Assembly (NCBI RefSeq): GCF_006345805.1 | Contig: NC_043008.1 | Coordinates: 21,328,001 to 21,392,000, forward strand | From: Octopus sinensis | Taxonomy: Eukaryota | DNA length: 64,000 nt | Direction of reading: 5' to 3' | Shown: positions 23,226-36,596 of the stretch, in pieces | Layout of the letters: each line of letters begins with the position of its first letter | Position numbering within the stretch: position 1 is the first letter of the stretch | Program-made: the position numbers and the translations under genes | The notes under the pieces: generated by a model | What the model was told of the DNA's origin: nothing | Databases searched by the model: none | What the model saw: only the letters and a program-made list of their open reading frames with translations

Positions 23226-23480
23226 AAGGCGGTGAGCTGGCAGATTCGTTAGCATGCCGGGCGAAATGCTTAGCGGTATTTCGTCTGCCGCTACGGTCTG
23301 TGTTCAAATTCCGCCGAGTTGAGGAGGAGGTCGATGTAATCGATTATCCTCCTCCCCACAAATTTCAGGCGTTGTGCCTATAATAGAAAGGGTTATTATC
23401 ATTATTATTATTGACTTCGCCTTTCCTCCCTTCGGGGTCGATATGATAATTACAAGTTGGACACTGGGGTCGATGTGATC
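23226..23480 (+). mobile_element. SINE group A, rearranged
   Basis: AAGGCGGTGAGCTGGCAGATTCGTTAGC head; tail-2 and the remaining body follow out of order. Confidence 0.75.
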
Positions 23481-23936
23481 AACCTAACGCTCAATCCGAA
23501 AGTGCGCGACATGGTGATCTCGTATCAGGATAAACAGCGCTTGACCTTGCAGGTGAGGCCCAGTTAGAATTTTCTTCATGTCGATTAGCCCATCCCGGTC
23601 AAAAGGTCCCTGAATAAAAGTTGTTTAAAGATGATGAACGAGACACCCATGTTTCCAGAGGTGAATTATTCAAACCCCAAAGAATCCCTCTCAACACATG
23701 GCTATGATGCTCCCCCACTACTTCTGCTAGTGATCAGAGATGCACATATCGTCAGCCACCAAGGGACATGGTCAGCTGGTTAAGGTCAAACAACTGATAA
23801 GGAAATTAGTAGTATTGAGTAGAATACTTACTGTAGCCCATCTTTTATACAAAGACAAAACAATGTACATGATAACACTTCCAATCTGTTAAGATGAGAA
23901 GCCATGAAAGCTACTGCCTGGTACTGCATCAGGGAA

Positions 23937-24037
23937 TTTATTATTATTATTTATTATTATTATTATTGTTGTTGTTGTTGTTGTTGTTGTTGTCGTCGTT
24001 GTCGTTGTTGTTGTTGTTATTATTGTTGTTGTTGTTG

Positions 24038-24090
<53 letters not shown>
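23937..24090. repeat. (TTA)n/(TTG)n microsatellite
   Basis: Direct inspection. Confidence 0.95.
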
Positions 24091-24093
<3 letters not shown>

Positions 24094-24273
24094 ATATCAG
24101 AATATCAGAATAGCGGCATTTCGTCCGTTCTTATATTTTGAGTTAAAATTTGGCTGAGGTCGAGTTTATCTTTCATCCATTCGGGGTCGATAAAATAAGC
24201 ACCAAAAGGAGTGATACGTTCAGTATATTTGAATGCCTACCCCATTGTCAGGAGCAGAGGAAAGGTTTGCAAG

Positions 24274-24461
24274 ATGGCTGCCCCAGAAATTGCGGGAAGT
24301 AGTGTTAGCTTCAGTGTTGGGAGTATTAACTTAACAGACACAACTTTAAATTATAAGCGAAATCTAAAGAAAGGTTTGAACATAGACACTTACACATGGA
24401 GAATAGAAGACATCAATGGAATAGTGTTAGAAACAATAATTCAAGTGAAAGAAAAAAATAG
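24274..24461 (+). CDS. Candidate first coding exon, unknown protein (speculative)
   Basis: CAAGATGGCTG start context; 62 codons MAAPEIAGSSVSFSVGSINLT...QVKEKN then AG|GTAAAA; no homology recognised. Confidence 0.25.
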
Positions 24462-25267
24462 GTAAAAGGTAAAAGCAATTTCCAAAACACCTGCGATATT
24501 CCATTATTTCCTGAGACTTTCGAGCAAAATGAGTAACCCGACAAGAAACATTTGACACGAAAAAAGGAAGGTGCGAAAGACGTGCGTAACAAAGGATAGT
24601 ATCTCCTTGCTCGACTAAACTATATAAGAAAGATCGGGGAAAAAGTGGAGTACCCCTTGGTTTACAAGAAACACACACACACGTACGCACACACATACAC
24701 ACACACATACACATAATTTTCTTTGCAGCATAAAAACAATAAAAATAATCATAGAAATACGCTTGATAATAAATGCAATGAGTCGTAATGATGGCAGAGT
24801 AAGATAAAAAAAAATCTCAAGTAGAGAGTGTAGTAAAAGTACATTCTCATAAAATGTCTAGTTTCAGTTTAAAGAAGATTTGCCATTACTGGCAAAAGTT
24901 CGAGGAGGAAAATTAAAGTCAAAGTATTGTACAGTAATTCAATTGAAAGAAAATCCTCTAATAGAATGCAGCTTAATGTATAATCAAGACAATTTGTAAT
25001 GACACAAAAAAGTTTCCAGCGTATTTTCTATTGGCAACATACACACACGCACGGACACACATACACACACACGCACATGCAAGTACGCAGATGGACATAC
25101 GCAAGCACACGCAACGCAAGTACGCACGCACACACATACACACAGACGCAAGTACGCAGATGGACATATGCAAGCACACGCAACACACACAACACGCACA
25201 CACACACGTGTGCACGCATGCACACACAGATCCACACACAGACGCGCCTACACACAGACACAAACAC

Positions 25268-25300
<33 letters not shown>

Positions 25301-25422
25301 CACACACACACACACACGCGTACATTAAAGCCTGGAGGAAATTGAATTATCTTAAAAGACATTTATCACAGAAGCGAAATATTCCCGTTGCCGAAATTCT
25401 TCGACAAGATGTATATATATAT

Positions 25423-25455
<33 letters not shown>

Positions 25456-25920
25456 CGGTAGATAGATAGATAGACAGATAGATAGATACATACATACATA
25501 TAGACATACATATATACATACATACACACATACATACTTATATAACCATATATCCAAATATATATAGAGACACATATCTATATGTATATATATATATATA
25601 TATTACTATTTGTTTTATGTCAAGTTATATATAAAATATAATTCGTCATTAAACTGATTTCTCAATACTTTTTAGTTGATTATATGTTTATTTAGCTTTT
25701 ACAAGAATTGTAGTGACAGTGACTTCGAAGTTTAAGACTGCCATGTTTCGTTTGACTGGCAGGCTGAGACATTGAAATCACTCTCAGTCCACTTCTTTTA
25801 GATTAGTTGGAATTACATGCAGAGAGGGTAGGGCCTCGATTCTTCCCATTGCCAATAATGGAAGAAAGCGGACATTAAGGAGATGAGATGCCTTGATCCA
25901 GACTGAAGTATGGAACCAAG

Positions 25921-26338
25921 AAGGCAGCGAGCTGGCAGAATCATTAGCATGCCGGGCGAAACGCTTAGCGGTATCTCGTCTGCCGTTACGTTCTGAGTTC
26001 AAATTCCGCCGAGGTCGACTTTGCCTTTCATCCTTTCGGGGTCGATAAATTAAGTACCAGTTACGCACTGTGGTCGATGTAATCGACTGAATCCCTTTGT
26101 CTGTCCTTGTTTGTCCCCTCTATGTTTAGCCCCTTGTGGGTAATAAAGAAATAGGTATCTCGTCTGCCGTTACGTTCTGAGTTCAAATTCCGCCGAGGTC
26201 GACTTTGCCTTTCATCCTTTCGGGGTCGATTAAATAAGTACCAGTTACGCACTGTGGTCGATGTAATCGACTTAATCCCTTTGTCTGTCCTTGTTTATCC
26301 CCTCTGTGTTTAGCCCCTTGTGGGCAATAAGGAAATAA
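25921..26338 (+). mobile_element. SINE group A dimer with 14-bp TSD
   Basis: GAAGTATGGAACCA at 25905-25918 and 26339-26352 flanks head-body-tail1-body-tail1. Confidence 0.92.
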
Positions 26339-26595
26339 GAAGTATGGAACCAGGAGGAAGAAAGGATTAGGACAAGAACTATGGGGCTGGTATTTCAGTG
26401 AGCATTGGACTAAATGAGACCTCCTTAAGAAAAAGGTCAAATGTACAGATCCGTGAAAACTGGAACCTTTCCGTATCTGCTTCCTGTTGTGAGCTGTGTA
26501 TGATACACTCGCAACGTCAAAAAGCATGCACCGATGAGGTTTGAACAACGACCGGCGATGTAAACCTTGTGGACAAAGTGGCGCCATGACAAACT

Positions 26596-27012
26596 CTCTT
26601 TTTTTCTCTTTTTCTTTTTTCTTGTTTCAGTCATTTTGACTGCGGCCATGCTGGAGCACCGCCTTTTAGTCGAGCAACTCGACCCCGGGACATATTCATT
26701 TTGTAAGCCCAGTACTTATTCTATCGGTCTCTTTTGCCGAACCGCTAAGTGACGTGGACGTAAACACACCAGCATCGGTTGTCAAACAATGTTAGGGGGA
26801 CAAACTCAGACACACAAACATACACACACACACATATATATATACATATATACGACGGGCTTCTTTCAGTTTCCGTCTACCAAATCCACTCACAAGGCTT
26901 TGGTCGGCCCGAGGCTATAGTAGAAGACACTTGCCCAAGGTGCCACGCAGTGGGACTGAACCCGGAACCATGTGGTTGGTAAGCAAGCTACTTACCACAC
27001 AGCCACTCCTGC
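26596..27012 (-). mobile_element. Full-length SINE group B nested in the HERO-like element
   Basis: Near-consensus B sequence. Confidence 0.9.
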
Positions 27013-27750
27013 TTACAATAGTCACTCACACCCTGGAATAGGAAAGGCTCAAGAAACGCCATCATCAAGATAAAACAAGAACAGCAATCAAGTTCTTGGA
27101 AAGAGAAAAATCCAGCGAGGATAGCAAGAAGGACAAATAGTGTATTACACGGAGTCCAGGCATAGAATATGAAACTGGACGTGGGAGATTGTAGTTTCCC
27201 CTGGTTATCCGTACAACTCTGAGGACTGATGTAGTTTTGTGATCTGAAATGGCGAGCGAAATAATCTTGATCGGGCTTACAGTCCCAGGGGAAAAGGGTG
27301 CGATCAGGGCTTCGAATAGAAACGTATTAGGTAAGAGAGCCTTCTGGCAGAATTGCAAGGAAAGAGGATGGCAGTAATGTCTTTTCTCAATCAAGGCTGT
27401 CTGTTGAGGATTCCCTGCCCGTCTGGTCTGGAGGATGCTCGCACCCTATGGAATGAGAAGAAAAGGGCGAAGGGTGGTTGTACGCAGAATGGAGGAGGCG
27501 GCGAAAAAGAGCCTCTTGCTGATTATGGAGCAAGAGAGAGGAGCTAAGATGGAAACCATGAGAATTTGATGAGCAGGGATTTGGCCACCTCAGCCGACCC
27601 ACCAATAAGAGGGTGTTACGGTCCAGGGTCGAAACATCCGAAGATTGTTTGGATTTTGTCTGATGACATCAGTTCCTCTTGGCCAAAGCCCCATTCCTTT
27701 TGGTGAATCGAAAAGAAGTATCTCCTTCTAAGTGTTATCAATACTACACA

Positions 27751-27788
<38 letters not shown>

Positions 27789-27789
27789 C

Positions 27790-28445
27790 CCTCATAGCAC
27801 AGTATGAAAAACGCGTTAGATTCTTTAAGGACAACATGTTCAAAAATAACCCCAAAAATTTTTACAGGAAGATAGGGAAAATACCAGTTACAGTAAAGTA
27901 TTTCCCATCAAAAGGAGAGGTGCAGGAATTTTGGAATAAAATTTGGCAGAAGAAAAAACAGAATAAAAAGGCCCCTTGGATTGATAGAATATCTACTGAC
28001 TAAGACTCTTTAGAAGAACAAAAGTGGGAGAGTATCCAGGAAGAAGATGCAAGATCCCAGGAAGTAAAGCTAATGGAAGTCTCCAGGAAAGGATAAAATT
28101 CCTAACTTCTGATTGAATGCCTTATCAGAGTGTCATGAAATGCAAACAAAACTTTACAACAATGTTTCGCAGCAACCTAGTATGACTCCCTCCTGACTAC
28201 TTAATAGTGATACATTCCTACTTCCAAAATATGAAGAAACAAATGAGCCAAAATATTATAAACCCATCACCTGCTTAACAACAATGTATAAAATACTATC
28301 ATGTCTTGAGTTAATATACCTATAGTTTTTTTTAATAAATTAGGAAAAAGAATGCTGCAAACGTGGGTCTATTATCTGAAAGATAAGCTGCTCATCAATA
28401 TGATGTTCTTGGGAGTTTGTCACTTACGACGCAGAAACTTGTATA
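27790..28445 (+). pseudogene. R4/Dong-clade non-LTR RT fragment
   Basis: Peptides YEKRVRFFKDNMFKNNPKNFYRKIG, EVQEFWNKIW, SPGKDKIPNF, FLLPKYEETNEPKYYKPITCLTTMYKILS, KDKLLIN; frameshifts and stops. Confidence 0.8.
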
Positions 28446-28679
28446 TATATGTATGAATCTACACGGGAAGAAACTCATAAAGTGTCAATCACATAATCAA
28501 GAGGTATCACGTCAATAAATCAATTTATAACCTATTTAAATCTATATAACATGATGAAAAGAAATGCAAGCTTTATTATAAAAATATGTATAAAAGCAAA
28601 TCAGAAAGAGTCAGGAATGTGAAAAGTTCATAATAGTTCAGTTATAGATAAGTATACACCATGTTTCTCTGTGTGTGTG

Positions 28680-28719
<40 letters not shown>

Positions 28720-30229
28720 CTGTGTGTGTGTGTGTGTGTACATTTGTCGTCCCCCTATGCTGCTGTATATGTAATGTTGCATTGGGGTTTGGCAAAGGAA
28801 CATACGGGATAGAGAACAAAATACAATGTTCGTGACAGACATACTCACCCCTCATCAGTTATTGACCACAAATCATCACAATTTCGAAGACTTATTGATA
28901 ATATAGTTCTATTTTTTGTGGTGGGTTGATAGCGAGCAGGAGTGGGGATGGCAGTAAAAAGCTGTTGAATTTTGAAGCGCAAATATGAAAGACAAGAATG
29001 AACGAGAAAAAAGAAGACAGATACAAAAACAATATGGGGTGTCTAAACCGAGCGGTAAAAAGAAAAATTTCAGAGGACTACGGGAAAACATATAAAAACG
29101 AAAAATCAAGGATTTATAAAAAATAATCATATGGTTGAATATGAAACCTTGCCAATAAGCTGACGTAATAAAATTTATGCTTTTGAGTCAGTGGAATCAA
29201 TAAATTATGTCACTCATTGCGAAAGTATGTCTGAAGTTCTGCAATTAAAAAAAATGAATCGTTGAGTGTCGATGAAAGAACAGATATTTTTATTAGTAAA
29301 ATTTTGATGAAAAATATTCCGTTCAGGAAAAATAGCCGCTAAAATCTAGGGTACGATTTCATTTTTCAATTAAGAATCAATTACAAATGAGATCAACGAT
29401 TTCTATAAGATCAATCAGTTGGATAAAAAAATTAGTGATGTCTAGTTTAGATAGTCCATCTGTAATGTTAAGAGAAAAGCAAAAACAACGAATGGTCATG
29501 TGATTCAAACAAGTAAGTTATGATCTGGTACAGTAATGATGTGTCATATATTATGAAGATTTATTTACAAGCGTTATTTGGAACACTGTTACAATAGTGA
29601 AAGATGTAGAAATTTTATTCAAGAGAATCTATAAGTAGTTTGAAGAAGTAACCAGTTATAAAATTTTAAACTTTACTATTCGTGGTCTTAATGAGACGCG
29701 AATGTTCTCAAGACATCTGATCTTCAAAGCGATAGATCTAAATGGAGAAATCATTTTAAAATACTTTGAAATTGAAGATATGAAAATAAAGAGCGAAAAT
29801 GCTAAATTCTGTAAAAATGGAAATATGCAAAAGTTAAAAAAAAATTAGTTTAATCCCCAGTTGAAAGTGTACATCAGAAAAAAGGAGCGATTTGGTCGAT
29901 AGGAAAACACTATCTAGGGAAAACTGTTTTTCAGAAAAAACAGTTGAAATTATAATTTCATTCCGCAGGAAAGCAGATGTTTAAAATAAATATCGGTTTG
30001 TTTGATTGATGTGTGCGCATCTGGGGAAACGTTTCCAGAAAAGCTCCATGCAGTATCGTCTGTATTTGAATTCTTTATTTTACGCCTGAAGACATTTTCT
30101 ATAATCTTTCGCATCATAGAATAAATTCTAGTTGAAAAATATAAACGGCTCAAGAGACTGTGATAGCATGGTATTTGTGAGGTTTTTGTAATCCTATACA
30201 AGGATTTCTAATATTTTATTTACCCCAAG

Positions 30230-30640
30230 TGGCAGCGAGCTGGCAGAAACGTGAGCACGCCAGGCGAAATTCTTAACGGTATGTCGTCTGCCGTTACGTT
30301 CTGAGTTCAAATTCCGCCGAGGTCGACTTTACCTTTCATCCTTTCGGGGTCGATAAATTAAGTACCAGTTACGCACTGGAGTCGATGTAATCGACTTAAT
30401 CCCTTTGTCTTTCCATGTTTGTCCGCTCTGTGTTTAGCCCCTTGTGGGCAATAAAAAGATAAGAAACGTGAGTACGCCGGGAAAAATGCTCAGTTCAAAT
30501 TTCGACGAGGTCGACTTTGCCTTTCATCCTTTCGAGATCGATAAAAATAGGTACCAGTTGAGCAGTGGAGTTGATGTAACTGACGTACCCCGTCTGCTAA
30601 ATCTACTGGCCTTGTGTCAAAAGTTGAAACCAATATTTAA
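30230..30640 (+). mobile_element. SINE group A dimer (tail-1 unit then tail-2 unit)
   Basis: Head at ~30232; re-entry AAGATAAGAAACGTGAGTACGCCGGG at ~30456; ends GGCCTTGTGTCAAAAGTTGAAACC. Confidence 0.85.
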
Positions 30641-31349
30641 TAACCCCAAATTTAAACAAAATTCTTGAAACCATTTCAGAAAGTGATGACCTACAGTACG
30701 AAACATGCATATAGTCGTAATGTCATCTCGCTGCTTCTTGATATACGAGCAGCATTTTATGTTGCAAGTGTCGGTCGTGAATAAAGAATGTCGTTTGATG
30801 CAATTTATTGCAGGAATGTCGTCTGGACATGTTTTTACGCGGTAACAGAAAAGGCAGTCTATCTCTAAGAGGTTTACATGCACTGGAAAAATACAATGTT
30901 CAGATGAATAAAAAACAACCTTCTGACAATTCGAATGTTCGTGTAAGGTTTTGCAGACTTGCCAATTTTCTTTTTATTTGAATGTTTACAGACTTTGTGT
31001 TTTTATTTTTATATTTGACATAGCAACAGAGAAATTATTATTATATTTCCTAGTAAAAGTGGTTTTATTATTTTTTTTTGTATGAAATATTTTAATGTTA
31101 AATATAATACATAAACAACAATTTATTTTAGCCTAATATAATTTACAAAATAAAGTAAAAATATGATTAAATAATGGTATATAGAAAAATCAATACAACG
31201 ATTAAAATATTTCTTTTGTTATACACTAGTTGTAAGTAACTGACTTTTGTTTCATAATCTTAAGACAAAATCAATTATCTTAAATAGCAAAAAACAAAAC
31301 AAAAAAATACATATTTTCTTCACACTTCAGAATAGAAAGAACCACAAGA

Positions 31350-31640
31350 CAAATAACTGGAAGAAGAAGGAATTAAATGGCCAATTCATAAATCGAGGAA
31401 GTTGGATGTGAAGAATGCTGATTGTAGTTCAGAGAAAAAGATTTGAAAAGAGGAACTTAATAACCAGTCGTTGCCACTCAGGAATAAACCGATAGAACAA
31501 AATTGATAAGACAGAGTGATAAGATTTACACAGATAATAGTTATAGAATGTATAGAAACTGAATGAAAGAATTAACCATCTGCTAACCGAGTGCAATGCA
31601 CTGGTGCAAAAAGAGTATAAACGCCGGCATGATTGTGGCG
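31350..31640 (+). pseudogene. R4/Dong-like LINE fragment (post-RT zinc-knuckle region)
   Basis: WKKKELNGQF and ERINHLLTECNALVQKEYKRRHD motifs. Confidence 0.75.
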
Positions 31641-32594
31641 GCAAAAAGATGATTGCGAATCTGGGAGCCTTCACGCTGAACGATACTTGCAGAATTTGAT
31701 TGGATTTTTTCCATAGAAATTGATAATACAATTGAAGCAAGGAGCCAGAAGTCTGATATGAGGATGGAACGCAGAAACAGTATTATAATATTCTCTTGTT
31801 ATGGATAAGTCAAGTTGCCCTAAGAAATATTATTATCTAATTTGTTTCGATTTTCTAAAACTGTCAATTTACTTAAAATTATATTATATACTTTTTAGTA
31901 CGAGCGGCTAGTGATGTTAAAATATCCTGACCTATTAAAGGGGCTTTCTAAGGGATTACTATATTACTAAGCGTAATATAGTAATCTATTTCTTTGGTGT
32001 CTAAAGAAGTTATTCAACGATTAAATGAAACCAGGACTATGGACCTCTCATAATTCGATATTATCTCCACCGTCTTTTGCCCTAATATTTTATAATCCTT
32101 CACCAAGAATATATTTTAGAAACTTATACTTAATACTTACAGCTTCAGTTCACTCCATCCACCCGTATGGGAAACACCTTAAGTAAAGCTGGGTAGGATT
32201 GTCAACCTTTGGATTGGAACATACTCTACAATCGATTTAATATAAAAAGATTAAATGCATAAAACTGTTATACCAAAGGAACCCAAGGTACTTATTCAGC
32301 AGAGACACGAATTAGAACGTAATGCGAAGAAAGAAAAATACATTTTGGAGATGTATAATGCTCCAGTCTTCATTATTATGTCTTCATGGTATTCTCTGTG
32401 GAATATGTTGAAGCGAACTCAGGACTTACCAATCCAAGTGAGTACAGTTTAATTTTTTATTCTAAACGATTCAAGATGTTTCCTATCATTCGATGTGGTT
32501 GGTCAAAACTGAATTTTACCAAAACACTCGTAAGGTAACTGCCAAGATTCAAAATACCTATTCCTTTGTGTTAAATATACATATGCATACATAT

Positions 32595-32646
<52 letters not shown>

Positions 32647-32859
32647 ATATATATATATAATATATATATATATGAAGGAAATAAGTAACAAAGATGTCAA
32701 GGCACCGTCCGTGTTACTTATTTGCTTTTTATTTACCTTCGAGCTATGCGGATAATACCGGACTAACTTGGTGCCTCAACTTACGTATCTAATTCAACAG
32801 AACCTTAATCATACACACACACACACACACACACACATGTATGTATATATATAGGGAAA

Positions 32860-33029
32860 ATTCATTAAAAAACAAAAGACGAAGACAGGTGGTGTAGACA
32901 ACAAACAGATGTATTAGTATAACGGTCGGGAAGTGAAAAAGTCTTTAACGTTTCGAGCCTACGCTCTTCCACAGAAAGGAACACAGAAAGAAACAAGGAG
33001 AGAAAATAAAGAATGTGTAGTGACTAGCG

Positions 33030-33030
<1 letters not shown>
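32860..33030 (-). mobile_element. Hammerhead-like-motif repeat, best preserved copy
   Basis: Reverse complement CTTT-CTGTGGA-A-GAGC-GTAG-GCTC-GAAAC-GT-T-AAAG at 32978-32943. Confidence 0.7.
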
Positions 33031-33106
<76 letters not shown>

Positions 33107-33449
33107 AAAACATACATATATATGTGTGTGTATGGTTATATGCTTGTGTGTATGTATTTATATGTATACATACACACATTCATGTATACATACTTGCATA
33201 CATACATAATACATACATACATACATACATACATACATACATACATACATACAAGCGTGCTCACCATAATCAGTTCTGGATTTAAGCACCTAAAAAAGTG
33301 AGAGTGATGTACCAAAACTCTTTGGAGAAGAAAATCGATAGAAATAAACATAATTACAATACCAACCATTGATTTTCAGATTTAAATTATTTTCTTTTTT
33401 TTGTGTGATTACAATGACAAGGTTTAAAAATAAGTTGTTGCATTAGTCA

Positions 33450-33558
33450 ATATTATATGTATATATATATGTATGTATGTATGTATGTTTGTTTGTATGT
33501 ATATGTATGTATGTATTTATATGTATACACAGACACTCACACACATATATATACATAC

Positions 33559-33598
<40 letters not shown>

Positions 33599-33688
33599 TA
33601 TATACATACATACATACATACATATATATATATTCATATATACATTCATATACATGTATATATATATGTATATATATATATATATATC

Positions 33689-33751
<63 letters not shown>

Positions 33752-33789
33752 TATACACATGTATACATCTACATACATGTATACATATA
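33450..33789. repeat. (TA)n/(TATG)n compound microsatellite
   Basis: Direct inspection. Confidence 0.95.
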
Positions 33790-33791
33790 TA

Positions 33792-34660
33792 CAGGTTTCG
33801 GTGAATAAATTGTCGTCTAAATTACGCAAAAATGAAAATAGTACTGACATCTCACTTTAACAGATATATTTACCAAAATTACATTGAAATATCTTGAAAT
33901 ACTAAGGAGAAAAGTTTTTCCGTAACATTACGATTGACGTCAACCATGGCCTCTAGGCGACTTCGGAATATCCTGCAACTCTACTGGGCGGTTTCCTTGT
34001 TTAAGTTGGTGAATGCTGCTACGATCCTTACCTTCAGTTCATCTTTGGTGTTTCAAGGAGTTTTGTTTATCTTTCGCTCAACTGCGCCCGACACATAGTA
34101 ATCAAAGGGAGTTGCAGTCTGGGGAGTTAGGTGGGCAGATGTTAGGGATGATGTGGTCGCAGAAATTGCCTGACAGAGCCGTGACTGAGTTCTGCTTCTT
34201 GTGTGGTATGGTGCAGAGTCCTGTTGCCAGACATAGGGTCTTCCAGCAGCCACCCTTTTGACTCAGAGCAGCACCTCCTCCTCCAGGAACTTGATGTAGG
34301 CCTTTGTGTTGAGTCTGAGTCCGCGCGGGAAGATGAATGGAGGCATAACATCATCACTAGTGATCATTCCAAACACCATGATGTTGACTGGATGCTTGAT
34401 TTTTATTACTTTGAATACATGTCTTCAGATTGCACTGTCCTCAGATTGACACCCAAACACACTGAAATATTCGTATTGGAGGGTCCGTCGCGAATGCAAT
34501 GCAGTACAGCATGTCACTTCCAAATTTCTCGTAGCGTTAATTGCGTATAGTTCTGTTTTTCTCACAGTCGGTACCCAACGGACCCTACTATACTGTTTAG
34601 TCAACAAAATAAAAATCAAACAATGCGCATGCGTGAAATTAAAAATTGCGACGACAGCCA
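33792..34660 (-). mobile_element. Internally deleted Tc1/mariner-superfamily transposon, DD37D (maT/Bmmar-like)
   Basis: TA-CAGGTTTCGGTGAATAAATTGTCG terminus; peptides WK*HAVLHCIRDGPSNTNISVCLGVNLRTVQ (HTH), KHPVNIMVFG, WQQDSAPYHT...PPNSPDCN(P)FDYYV; 37 residues between the D residues after repairing two frameshifts. Confidence 0.8.
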
Positions 34661-35279
34661 AGAAAAAGATGATAATGACGAAGAGGTAATTGTGTAGATT
34701 ATTACTGATTATTTTCACGAGTGAAATGACTACATTGAAATGGTAGCTTAGTTATTTGCGGTGGTGTGAAAATGTCTTTTACTTACTATGTATTTATAGC
34801 GCCAATAAATTTTGTAACACTCAGAAATATTGAAGGAAGTAAGAAATTTATGAAGAAAGAAACAAACGAATTAAGAGAGTTTGTGTCAGTGATTATGGAT
34901 AATTGAATAACAAAACCATAATTCTGAAGAGAGGCCACGATTGGCTGACTACAGACATCAGCCTCTTGGAAGACTTAACTGCGATCAGGCTAAATTTTGA
35001 AGTGCTCAACGAAATACTTGAATATCATAACACAAATTTATTACAATCTTCTACACCTTCTATAATTCGGTGCATTGAGGTCCTCTGTAGGACAACAACA
35101 CGCCAATAAACTTCATACATACTTGTATGTATATATATATTCGTGTATGTGTGTTTTATATGCATAGGCACTGGTTTGAATATGTGGTAAGTAGTTTGCT
35201 TTCCAATCACATGTCCTCTACTTCAACCTCGGGTCGACCAAAGTCTTCTGAGTATATACATATATATACATCTAAAGCC

Positions 35280-35287
35280 CGCCGTAA

Positions 35288-35331
<44 letters not shown>

Positions 35332-35526
35332 CATATATGCATATATATTTATACATATATATATATACATACATATATACACACACATATATATGCATAT
35401 AAATATATATACACACAAATATATATATATGTACATACATATATATATATACATATATATATATATACATATATATATACTAATATATATATATATATAT
35501 ACATACATACATATGTATACAACACA

Positions 35527-35580
<54 letters not shown>
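35280..35580. repeat. (TA)n-rich microsatellite
   Basis: Direct inspection. Confidence 0.95.
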
Positions 35581-35719
35581 TCATACATATGTGTCATTGT
35601 GTCTGTGTTTGGCTCCTCGCCCCCTTGGCAACTGTTGGTGGTGCGTTTATGTCCCCGTAACTTAGTGGTTTGGCAAAAGCGATCGATTGAATAAGTATAT
35701 ATATATTTGTGTGTGTGTT

Positions 35720-35869
35720 TATATACATACATACATACATAAACATACATACAAGCATACATACATACATACATACATACATACATACATACATACATAC
35801 AAGCATACATACATACATACATACATACATACATACATACATACATACATACATACGTACATTCATACA

Positions 35870-35903
<34 letters not shown>

Positions 35904-36035
35904 CATACATACATACAAGCATACATACATACATTCATACATACATACATACATACATTCATACATACATACATAAACATACATACATACATACATACAT
36001 ACATACATACATACATACATACATACATACACACA
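35720..36035. repeat. (ATAC)n microsatellite
   Basis: Direct inspection. Confidence 0.95.
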
Positions 36036-36596
36036 CGCAAACATTGACTGTAAATATTATTAATAAGATTAAAATTAGTCTCAAGACCTATCGAAATATA
36101 ATAAAGTTAAACAAATGAAACTTTCTGAGATATTAGACAGTCTTCAGTTCACTTTGAATTGACCAACACAAAGGTCAAACACGAAAGCATTCAGATATTT
36201 AACAGTACACTATTATAAAACCGTCGCCGTGTCATGTTAGGTGTAATACTTAGCATAGCTGTGCAATATTTCATCTTCATAGATATTCCTGCGGTGTCTC
36301 TTGAAAACTTTATGCATGCGTGCATTCTTAGATTATATTTCTTGAAACAGGTAATTTTCTGAAACCAACTGTGTTCTCTTATAAAACCGTGGCATTGATT
36401 GAATGTATTGGAAAATCATTATCGGTGGAGAGGAGACATGTGGTCGGTCTAGACGTCATCTTAGTTGGATATGCTATAACCGATGGGATAGTTTAAATTG
36501 AAATGTGAAGGCACCATTGGGGTGGATTGTTTAGTTTCTAATTAAACTATATAGGAATCAGGATGGCTGCAGGGACAGAATTTAACAAAACGTGAA

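Larger units (their letters stand above)
25800..27560 (+). pseudogene. Decayed RLE-type non-LTR retrotransposon (HERO-like), 3' part, interrupted by two SINEs
   Basis: Reconstructed peptides W.DLLKKKVK..LEPFRICFLL.AVYDTLATSKSMHR.GLNNDRRCKPCGQSG (zinc-knuckle region, ~26400-26590) and TTLRTDVVL.SEMASEIILIGLTVPGE...CKERGW...GF (PD..E endonuclease, ~27200-27420), with stops. Confidence 0.75.

Noticed and set aside
23520-23936. Segment ending at (TTA)n that looks like an interspersed repeat
   Set aside because: Single copy in the window with no diagnostic termini or peptide; cannot be classified from sequence alone
30814-30942. 129-bp phase-0 open segment between AG and GTAAGG (ECRLDMFLRGNRKG...)
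   Set aside because: Weak pyrimidine tract, no recognisable homology and no compatible neighbouring exon; chance cannot be excluded
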